64,000 nucleotides of DNA from Eledone cirrhosa. Lineage: Eukaryota. Below, one piece after another: positions 53,744 through 64,000 of this stretch; position 1 is the stretch's first letter, and each line of letters opens with the position of its first letter. A model generated the notes under the pieces. That model was given only the letters and a program-made list of their open reading frames with translations. It had not been told where the DNA came from and did no database searches. The stretch lies in NCBI GenBank assembly GCA_964016885.1, contig OZ024745.1, positions 132,494,001 to 132,558,000 of the forward strand. Reading direction: 5' to 3'. Made by a program: the position numbers and the translations under genes.

Positions 53744-54600
53744 TATGTATGTATGTATATATACGTTGTAGAAGAATGTTCTTTATAACTTCTTGAGGAT
53801 ATACCGGTCCTAGCGAGCCCAAAGCACTTGAGGTCAGTGGTTTATCCCTGGTATGTGTTGGTGATTAGGAGTGATGTAGGGGTTAGTTATCAAATAAGAA
53901 TAGAATAAAAAATTAATAATGCTACAATTTAAACAATTGATAACGAGGTCAACCGTTAAACAGACAAAGGACAAAGACGAGAAACATTAAGAAAGTTTGA
54001 AATTTGAGATGTGTTCCAATATGTAAATATTCTTGTAGATGATGCGGAATTCTACGTTTAAATTTCATATGGATACATCAATTTAATTTTAATGATACAT
54101 TTTTCTTGAATGTCAGGGGAAAAATCTATTTCTTGGTGTATGGAGTTCTATTGTAGCCATTGTATAAAATCAAACTTTTGGTGACAGATAGATATATGTT
54201 TCATATAAATCGTTGTTAAAATTGTAGCTCCATTGTATTCAATGATTGAAGTAACAATGTAGTCGAAGAGATACGTTTAGCCATGTTGATTTCGTCTAGT
54301 CATTAATATTTGTATTTATTGTTCAAAATAGACGACGATCTTTAAAAGTTTTGAGAAAACTTAACTTTTCCAATACATTGTATGCTGCCTTCATATAATC
54401 AGTAATTCCACATGTCCTTCTATCGGATTGACCGCAATGGACGCCATTTGTATGTTCTTTATATTTATTATTTTATAAATTTTAAGTAGAGAGACAAAAT
54501 TTCTAACATAGAAACAAGATTGTTTCAGAGGAATTTAGACATTAATTAGGCAAATATGTGCTGCTGTGTGAATGGGTATGTATGTATGTATGTATGTATG

Positions 54601-54629
<29 letters not shown>

Positions 54630-54632
<3 letters not shown>

Positions 54633-57116
54633 CGTAAAATCCGGGCTCCTGGTGTTGCCCTGCCCAAAAGATTGAATGCTGCTCGTCTTAAGGATAAAAA
54701 TGTGAAGAGGACATTGGAAGAAGAGATGCTGGCTGCAGATCTTGGTGAGGATTGGCCGACCCTTAAAAAGTCGGTTTATGATATAGGCAGGCGTGTTCCG
54801 GGATTGGCGCAGAGGAAACATCAGGACTGGTTTGATGAGAATGATGTACATATAGAAGACTTGTTGGCTGATAAGAGGCGTGCTCTGTCACGCTACTTGA
54901 CGGCAAAACCACAGGAGAGGAATACGTTGCATGAGGAACTCAGGGATATAAAATCACGTGTTAGGCAGAGTCTTTCTCAGATGAAGGATCAGTGGTGGAG
55001 TGAGAAGGGTGGTGAGATACAAACTGCGTCTGATTCCAATAACACAAAGCTGTTGTACAGTCTCTTGCGTGAGGTTTATGGACCGACTTCTTCTCTGGTG
55101 ACACCGCTTCGCAGCAAGGATGGCAAAGAACTTCTTCGTGACTCACAAGGAATTCTACGAAGGTGGCGAGAGCACTTTGATGATCTTTTGAATCAGCCGT
55201 CTATCGTCAGTGAAGATTTCCTCAATCTCATTCCCGAAAGTCCTGTGAAAGTAGCTCTCGCAGAACCTCCGACGCTTGTGGAGGTTGCAGTGGCTATTTC
55301 GAAGCTGTGGAAGATCTCCAGGTATGGATGGCATACATGCTGAGCTCCTACAATATGGTGGTGAGAGACTCCTGCAACATCTTCACTCTTTGTTTGGCAG
55401 GATATGGGCTAATGAATCCGTACCTGAGGACTGGAGAGATGCAGTAATGGTGGTCTTGTACAAGGGCAAGGGTAACCGGAACGATTGTGGGAACTACAGA
55501 GGTATATCATTGCTTTCTGTCGTAGGGAAAGTTTTATGTAGGGTGCTTCTAGACCGTCTGCTCACACACATTGCAGATTGTGTTCTTCCTGAAAGTCAAT
55601 CTGTATTTCGTGCTGGACGCGGCACTACTGATATGATCTTCTCAGCTAGACAGCTCCAGGAGAAGTGCATGGAACAAGGCTTGGATCTGTATCAGGTTTT
55701 TGTCGATCTGACAAAAGCTTTCGATACTGTTAATAGAGATGCATTATGGAAGGTTCTCCAGAAACTTGGTTGCCCTGATAAGTTCCTTGCTTTAGTTAGG
55801 TCTTTCCATGACGACATGAAGGCTTGGGTTAATGTCGGGGGTAACATGTCGGAGCCTATCTCAGTAAAAAATGGAGTGAAACAGGGGGATATTCCAGCAC
55901 CGACCCTGTTTGCCATATACTTTGCAATGGTTTTCTGTATTGCATTTAGGAATTACGAGCATGGTGTTTACATCCGATATCGGACCTCAGGCAGCATATT
56001 TAACATCAGGCGCTTTGCTGCGAAGACAAAAGTATTTACATCAATCGACACCACCTTAAGCAATTGGAGCGTTTCCATCAGATGTGTCTCAGACGGATCC
56101 ATGGCATTCACTGGAGGGACCACATCAGTGATGTCGAGATTTTGGAAAGCTCTATGTGTGACAGTATAGAAGCTCTTGTGCTTAAGCAACGACTCCGTTG
56201 GAGTGGTCACCTTGCCAGGATGAAGGATTCTAGAATACCAAAACAACTCTTTTATGGAGAGTTGGTTAAAGGAAAACGACCGCCACATAAACCAAAAAAG
56301 AGGTATAGGGATTCCTTGAAAGCCTCTCTGAAAGACGCTAACATCTCTGCTGATACATGGGAGAATATTGCTGCTGATCGTAATAAATGGAGAAAGACTG
56401 TATATGAGGGAAAAGTTCCCTTGAGGCATCTCGAATCGCATACGAGAAAGTAAAGCGGGATGTGAGGAAGGGCATTGCTGTTGCACTTCCAGACGGCGAG
56501 GGTCCTCCTATGGTGCTGACATGCAGCGTATGTGCGAGACTCTGCCTAAGCAACGCTGGACTCGAAAGTCATCTTCGCAGTCATAAAGTAAGACCAGAGG
56601 TTGACTACCAGGCTGCTGTTGGAGATGCTACTCATCATGCTTGCCAAACATGTGGTAGAGAATGTAAATCAGCAGGAGGGCTCAAGCGACATGCAAAAGT
56701 ACCCGAACTCCAACCACAGCCGACTATTCCCAGTGAATGATTTGGTTGCCGACTCTGTGCAAGACATTTTAGATCATTGGCTGGGCTAAAAAGCCACATT
56801 CGATCGCAGCGCTGTTAGTTGCTATCGTGTGTGTGTGTGTCTGTGTAGATATGCTTATGTGTGTGCGTGTGTGTGTATATATATATGTATATGTATATCA
56901 TTATTGTTGTGTCGTTATTATTATTGTTGTTATTGTTATTATTATTATTATTATTGTTATTATGTATGTGTGTGTGTATATGTGTATGTATATGTATATA
57001 TATATATATTCCTTTTTTTTAATTTTCTTTTTATTTATTTATTATTATTATTATTTTTTTTTCTTTCTCCTCGTGCAATGGCCATACTCGATAACGAGGG
57101 GGCAGCCATCATCATG
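54630..57116 (+). mobile_element. 5'-truncated RTE (BovB-like) LINE with internal RT deletion and three C-terminal C2H2 fingers, flanked by (TATG)n
   Basis: KHQDWFDEND, RWREHF, SPGMDGI, NYRGISLLS, FVDLTKAFDTV, GVKQGD; jump at ~56045 removes YADD; RLRWSGH; CSVCARLC...HLRSH, CQTCGREC...H, CRLCARHF...HIRS. Confidence 0.95.
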
Positions 57117-58764
57117 TATGTATGTATGTATGTTTGTATGTATGTATGTATGTATGTATGTATGTATGTATGTATGCATGTATGTATGTGTGTGTATGTC
57201 TGTGTATGTATGTATGCATGTATGTATGTGTATGTCTGTGTATGTATTATGTATGTATGTATATATGTATGTATGTGTCCGAGTGTCTATACTTGCCGGT
57301 GTGCATTTATGTATGTGAGTGCTAGTTGCGCATGTGACGTGTCAAAACTAAATGTTGACCTGCATGTTAACACATATCTGTACATATTTACAATTAAGAT
57401 TTTATTTATTGCATAGTTATATTAGTGCATTGTTTTAGAAGAACCAATACTTAATTGGCCCTTCCTTTCCCGGAGGATATAATGTAAAGGCAACCTAGAC
57501 AGGGAGTTCATTACGAATACACACGTACTTTACTGTGATTTCATTCAAAAAGAGAAATGCCTGTTGTTTAAACAGTTCTTACCAAATTTCGCAGACGATT
57601 TGCGTGAATGGTAAATAAATTGTTGTTAATCTGGTGCAAAGGCCATGGAAATAACTATTTTACTTGGAATATCTTTCCAATAAAGAAACCAGTGAGATAA
57701 TACACTTACAGTTAAACCTGTATATCAAATACTGATTGCTAAAGTTCTTCGACATCAAAGTAAATTTATATTTCTAAACAAACAAGTGTCGCGTGAAATT
57801 GTGTGAAAAATTTCAATTCATGTTTTAATGTTTAGAGGAAGGAGAGCTTTGTCTTAATAAAAACATAATGCACCAGTGAAGTATGTCCAATTTAGTGTCT
57901 ACTAAACTTATGAACAATATTGATTTCGTTCTTTGATAGTTTTACTGGCTATAAATGTCAACGTGAAGTAAAATAACTGCCTTCAGGTCGATAGTATAAA
58001 TTAGTGCAATTTACTTTTCATTTGTATAGATATAAAGACTAGTTATACGATGGAAGGAACTCATTACCTCTTCATGTGAAGAACAATTAAACTGTGGAAT
58101 GTGACAGAATAGACATTTTCTTTCTTTGAACCCTTCCAACGAATCAACACCCGAAACACAAGTTGACCTAACTATGAGGATACACACACACAAACACATA
58201 CATAAACACACAAACAGAAACACACAGAAACACAGACACACACATACACACATACACACACACACAAACATACACACACAAACACACAAGCACGCATACA
58301 CAAATGCATGACCGAGCAACGCACACACGTACACATAAACACACACACACATACGTATGTGCATGCACTTCTCACTTATCATTCCTGGCTCAGATCAATT
58401 TTGTGTTTTATATCTGTTTATTGCTGATAATTTGCAGTTATTTTAGCGCTGTCAAACTCTAGGTCAATCAACCCTTGCTTTCCCTTTTGCCATATTTTTT
58501 ATCAGAGTCTATCTAGAAATGTTATTATGTAAATATTGACTAGTGTTTTTTTCTTTACTTAGAAAGCCAATATATGTAAAGAGAGGGTAAAATATTAAAA
58601 CATATTTAAAAATATTAAAACAACTATTGTACAACATTGAATGTGATACTGTACGCATGCGTGGGCCCGTAACTCCTGTCGGAGTCGTAGGGTGCCGTAT
58701 TTACATACAGCAGATTTCTTCCAGAAAAGGATAGAGAATTGAAGTCAGAAAGAGATATAGAGGA

Positions 58765-58925
58765 AGAATCGATCCCAGTAGTAGACTGGTATTTTTTAAT
58801 CGAGCTTTAATGGATGAAAGGCAAAGTTGACCTCGGCGGGATTTGAACTCGGAGGGCAGAGAGTGGAATCGAATACCACAGAACATTATATCCGACGCTC
58901 TAACGACTCTGCCAATACACCACCT
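58765..58925 (-). mobile_element. Degenerate SINE (major family)
   Basis: GGATGAAAGGCAAAGTTGACCTCGGCGGGATTTGAACTC. Confidence 0.75.
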
Positions 58926-59279
58926 CGTGATATTGTATGTAGCTTTTAAAATACTGCAGTTTGCTCCGTAAGTCATATCTCTGATAGATATTTGACATCA
59001 AAGCAGGGCTGATATGATCCAATGGATATGGAAATATGGAATAAACCATGAACATTTCATTTTGTTTCCTAAGCGAAACTCCAATATATTATTGATTTAT
59101 AATATTAAAATGGATGAGGAATGTTTGACGTTCGTCATGTAAAGTTAGAATTTACCTTTGAAAAGAATATTGTTCATTATATTCTCAGTAAGAGAAATAC
59201 AAAGCAACATCAGCAGCAGCAAACCCATCGCAACCATCACCACCATCAGCAGCTCCATGTTATTATTATTATCATCTGG

Positions 59280-59615
59280 TCTGAGTTCAAATCCCGCCAA
59301 GGTTAACTTTGCCTTTCATCCTTACGGGGTCGATAAAATAAAGTACCAGTAATGTACTGGGTATTCGCTGGTCTTGTGCCAAAAGTAGAAACAATTATTA
59401 TTATCATCTTTGTAAGCGTGGTGGATTGGAAGTACCGGTAAAGCGTCGAGCACCATACTTTGTGGCATAGAGTTACGGCCCTTTGTATTCTGAGTTCAAA
59501 TTCCGCTGATGTTAGCTTTGCCTTTCATCACTACGGGCTTCATAAAATAAAGTAGCAGTAATTCACTACGGTCGATTTAATCGAGTTTCTGCTCCCCCGA
59601 AATTGCTGGCCTTAT
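59280..59615 (+). mobile_element. Two tandem SINE copies (59280-59405, 59415-59615)
   Basis: Two cores and two B boxes. Confidence 0.88.
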
Positions 59616-59620
59616 TATTT

Positions 59621-59915
59621 CATTGGTCAACACAGATTTTGCTGACTTAGGTTTTGTTGTTGTTTTTAGCTAACTTTGAACTGCTGATTTCGAATATGGC
59701 ATCCGTTGTCTCCTAACACACCAGGTTTTCATGTTTGTCTGTCCTTCGGCTATCCCATAAACACGGGAAACACGGATTTTCTTTCTATACCCTCCTTGTT
59801 AGCCAAGTGAAAACTTGACATGATAGAAAAAAAGTATTGCATTTTTAAACACAGGAGCCCCAAATTAATGAAGAACAGGTTTCAAACTTTGGTCAGAAAA
59901 TGTTGTTGACCAGTT
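59621..59915. mobile_element. MITE-like DNA transposon derivative
   Basis: Imperfect TIRs CATTGGTCAACACAGATTTTGCTGAC / GTCAGAAAATGTTGTTGACCAGT. Confidence 0.55.
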
Positions 59916-60172
59916 TTATCACTAGAATTATTACGATATCCATCCACCACATTCTACAATAATATTCTTCCAAGCTATTAGTATTAGCAGCATATACGAG
60001 TATTGCTGCGGGACAGATGCCAGGACGGTGTTCATACCGATGGGATAGAAGTCTCACATTTCACCACAATAATATATCTCACTTACATACCCATGAAATA
60101 TTAATATATATTTCCAAAATCTTCTATCTCTCTATCACTCTATCTTTCTCTCTCTCTCACTCTCTCTCTCTC

Positions 60173-60224
<52 letters not shown>

Positions 60225-60237
60225 TCTCTCTCTCTCC

Positions 60238-60268
<31 letters not shown>

Positions 60269-60337
60269 CTCCCCTCTCCCTGGACGCTGTATTTATACCA
60301 GCGATCTTCGTTACTTTTGTTATATATATATATATCA

Positions 60338-61991
60338 TCCTAGAAACATCACCATTAACCTGGTTAAAACATCTCCCTCCGCATATCTCGTTTGTCCGCT
60401 AATGAGCAGATATTCGACGAACACGCGCCTCATTACAACCAGGCCCTCAAGCGGAGTGGCTTCCGGGAGGAAATATCCTTTTATCCAGCTTCCCTTAGCC
60501 GATCCAGCAGGCGACACCACCACTCACGCAACGTAACATGGTTCAATCCTCCCCACAACGCCGAGGTGACAACACCTATCGAGAAAATCTTCTTTAGACT
60601 CCTCGAAAAACACTTCCCACTACAACACCGCTACCACAACACAATCAACAAAAAACCCATCAAACTCTCCTACAGCACCACATCTAACTTCGTACAAAAC
60701 ATCGTCTCCTCAAACAACAAAAAACTCAACCCCTATAGAAGAAATAACTTAGACATCAGTTGAGAGCCGACCAGGAGGGGTAACTGGCCTGATAGATCTA
60801 CGTGCCCCCTCAACAACAAATGCCGAAAACGTAACGTGATCTACTAGTGCAACGTGAGGGCGGACACCTCCAACAAAGCTTATATAGAATTAACCGCGTG
60901 TGACTTCAAGACCCGGCTCTACCAACACCGACATACTTTCCGAAACCCGGTCCGGCGACATACCACTAGACTTTCGGGCCACATCTGGGACCTCCAAGAT
61001 AATAATATAACCTACAATCTCACTTGGAGCTTACTATCCAAAGCTAACTCTTACACGGGAGGACGCTGTCCGTGTAACTTATGCTCGGAGAAAACATTAC
61101 AAATGCTGTTTTCGAAGGACCAACTCCTAAACAAGAATGAGGAACTGGTAACCGCGTGCAAACACAGATTGCGTAGGACTTACCTCGCCCTCAAACCCCA
61201 TAACGACCCGGGTGGGTAGACAAGGGCTGATACCTCCCTACTTGTCGATTAAGTTAGGAGAAACCCCAGCTTACTTAGGTAGAAGTATCTCTTTTCTTTT
61301 CCTCTTTGTCTTCTTCTTCCCCTTGTCTCATCCTACTACTTCCTTCCATCCCCTATTTTCTTCCTCGACTGCTTTTCCCCTTCGCCTACCCCGATGCAGT
61401 CAATCGGGCCTCTGTAGCATCAGTTCCTCCACCCCTGTATTTTAAGATAGAATTGGCCGAATACGTTTTACTAACTACTTATAGCAAACGTGTTAAACCC
61501 CTTTAATTCTGTATCAGTTCTGGTACTACTCAATTTCTACAAGTTTTTTTTCTATTCTCAACTTATTAACCTGTTATTGTAAAATAGCATTGTGATTTTT
61601 TTTATTCCTTTCTCACTATCTAATTTTATATATATTCTTTTTTATTTCTTTATATTATCTTTTATTGTCTCCTGCTCTCATTCGATTTACCTATTCTATA
61701 ACCTCCCTCCTCCACTTCATACTCTATCCTTAGAATCTGCTGTATACATATCTCTTTCAACGCTTGACTCCTCCACTCACTCCCCTATTGTTCTACAGTT
61801 AATGCCATGATAGACTTATTTGTGTTTACAACAAATTTTAACCAATCCTCTTGACAACTACAATCTTCCCATATAAGGAAGTACCCCATTGAAAAGTTCT
61901 GCTATTTATTCACCAGATTAAAAATTCTAATTTAGTCCAGAAATAGCCGTCGAAACGTCTTGATCCCTGTCGTCGGGGTCATACTTTTTCC
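60338..61991 (+). mobile_element. 5'-truncated Penelope-like element (Hydra-like, GC-richer family) between (TA)n tracts
   Basis: RISRLSANEQIF...YNQALKRSGF, RNVTWFNPP, CPLNNKC..RNVIY, YIELT..FKTRLYQH, CNLC..K, CKHR; 3' end carries GAAAC...GTCGGGGTC. Confidence 0.9.
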
Positions 61992-62186
61992 TATATATAT
62001 ATATATATATATGAAAGTGTGCGTATATACATGTTTACATGCACACATACTAGATAAGTATATACATGTACATACGATGGTGCTGCAGTCTGGATTACCC
62101 ATTGTATTCTTACGGATATAACATTATCATATACTTCGGCTGCTAGTGTACATTTCAATAGATGTGGGTCACGCATCGAACCTCAT

Positions 62187-62271
62187 ATATCTGAGGAGAT
62201 GTAGAAGACAATTCGTGCTTCGATCGCATTGATCACAACAGAGATGATCGATATTGAAATAAGTGCAATAT
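62187..62271 (+). ncRNA. Degenerate hammerhead motif
   Basis: ATAT-CTGAGGA-[long stem II]-GAAAT-AAGT-GCA-ATAT; U16.1 mutated. Confidence 0.4.
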
Positions 62272-62666
62272 TCAAATAACCTTTCTACACCGACTACAAA
62301 TCTGACTTATTTTCACTATATATATAATAGCAATGAGAGACACACATAAGTACTTGTTTGGCTCAATGAACGAAAGATTTAGATTAATCAAAAGAATTAA
62401 AATAATCATTTAATCAGAATTATTTATCAAATTATAGATGCGAGGAAATAATAGATACAAATATACCTGATTTTACTTTATGTTTATCTTTGTCTATGTA
62501 TGCGCGCGCACACACACACACATACACACACACGCGCACATATATATATATCACGACAAATTAACGGAGGCCCTCTCTATATATATATTTTCTCCGCTGT
62601 TATCACCGCCAACGGACTTATACCAATCCGCGGACTATAACTTATTCCACTTTGTCTTCGGTTAAT

Positions 62667-62828
62667 TTACATACATGTGCCATTGCCCTGTGTCCCACTC
62701 ACATACATGTGACATTGTCCTGTATCCCACTTACATACATGTGACATTGTTCTGTGTCCTACTCACATACATGTGCCATTGCCCTGTGTCCCACTCACAT
62801 ACATCTGCCATTGTCCTGTGTCCCAACT
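62667..62828. repeat. 31-bp minisatellite x5 (TACATACATGTGCCATTGCCCTGTGTCCCAC)
   Basis: Directly visible. Confidence 0.93.
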
Positions 62829-62899
62829 TATAGCGGTATGTTTACTTCCTTTTTTCATCTTTTCCTTTTTCCTCGATTTATGATAGGGCAAACGTGCCA

Positions 62900-63880
62900 A
62901 AATTCCTCTTTGGTAGGTTAAGTTTACCAACTTAGTATTTAACTGCATAAATGTGTAAAATGTATGAATTGAATGTGAAAATAATTCCATTATAATGGAT
63001 TGAATCAAGTGTGTTGCTTTCAAACAAAAGCCTTCTCGAATCTTATCTTTTATTTCATCTAAGTTAGTTTGGCAAAAATAAGAAATAAATCCAACATCGA
63101 TCACTGGTCTCAGTATTCATTTTATTTTATTTGAGCACCATATAACACGAACATGAAATTCAGAGTAGCCTTTCATAGCAACTAATTTCTTAGAATAAAA
63201 CATAGCAAGTGACATGAACGTAATGGATCCAGAAACATTACAACTAAATTGAAGAATCATGTGAATTTTGACATCTTTGAATCCTGGTGTTATTGAGTCC
63301 CCTTCAGAAATGTGAGTTCATTTAGCCATTTGTCTCATCTCGGTTAAAACGGGGCTTCATTATGTGTCTTTCTTCCTTAATAATATTTCACACGTATTAC
63401 TTGCTTGCTATTCCAATTTGGGAACATTTTGTATCTCTCAAACCAACTATCAATTGCCAAGACCTAATCACATTAATCGTTAAGAAACGTCTACCTCTTT
63501 AGATCATCAAATAAAGACAATACCTTCATTTATATGACATATAATACAAAAGGAGAGCTACACCAATGCATGTTTTCCGCCACTATGTTAAGAATTCTTT
63601 CCAATTCCTCATACAATATTTGGTTTGAAACAGAGAGCCTTGCCATTTCTTACATCTTAGACTGAATGTCCACAATACTTGTAAGTTAGTTTCTTACAAT
63701 GATTCTCTCTTATATTTTAAATGCCAACAGAGAGAAGCGGTAGATGGTGTTACTATTGGCACTTCTTCTACCACAAAAGTTATACCATAACATGTCTAGA
63801 ATAACAACAGAAAATAAACTTGTTAGTGATAACCCAAAAAGTAAGTATTCTGGACTCAGTGAATCAAGGAACTTAAAGTT
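62900..63880 (-). mobile_element. Highly degraded LINE RT
   Basis: YRFSLLAFKI*ERII (cf. YR.ISLL....K..ERII) and EGDSITP (cf. QGD.LSP) in broken frames. Confidence 0.4.
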
Positions 63881-63884
63881 AGTA

Positions 63885-64000
63885 ATAGTTTCTGGTTTAG
63901 GCACAAGGCCAACAATGGTTTATGTGGGGGGTGGGGGTGGGAGAGATATTACATCAACCCCATTGTGTTACTGGTACTTTATTTTATCGACCCTTTAAAG
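63885..64000 (-). mobile_element. SINE (major family), cut by window edge
   Basis: GGCACAAGGCCA...CTGGTACTTTATTTTATCGACCC. Confidence 0.85.

Noticed and set aside
53780-54540. Additional PLE relic on minus strand (also 1-600)
   Set aside because: Only vague motif resemblance; too degraded to support
62667-62828. CRISPR-like array
   Set aside because: Contiguous 31-bp units with no unique spacers; eukaryotic minisatellite

Overview
AT-rich, microsatellite-dense metazoan DNA. The SINE family and repeat landscape suggest an octopus/coleoid cephalopod (inference). I found no host protein-coding exon; almost all long ORFs in the track are microsatellite artefacts or retroelement relics. Contents: about 18 tRNA-derived SINEs; RTE-clade LINEs, two of them ending in three C2H2 zinc fingers; R4/Dong-like RLE LINEs; several Penelope-like elements (PLEs), including a Hydra-like RT+GIY-YIG copy with ~0.9 kb inverted arms; and mariner/MITE/MULE debris. 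The main hidden signal is a dense set of hammerhead ribozyme (HHR) motifs: about 10 near-intact copies plus several degenerate or half copies, from at least 7 sequence families. They sit on short non-coding PLE-end/retrozyme-like elements that lie in (TA)n tracts and form tandem and fold-back arrays. One family has a 316-bp monomer with a compensatory U3-A8 catalytic core, and several fold-back axes fall inside the ribozyme motif. Structures were folded by eye, coordinates are approximate to a few bases, and nothing was searched against databases.
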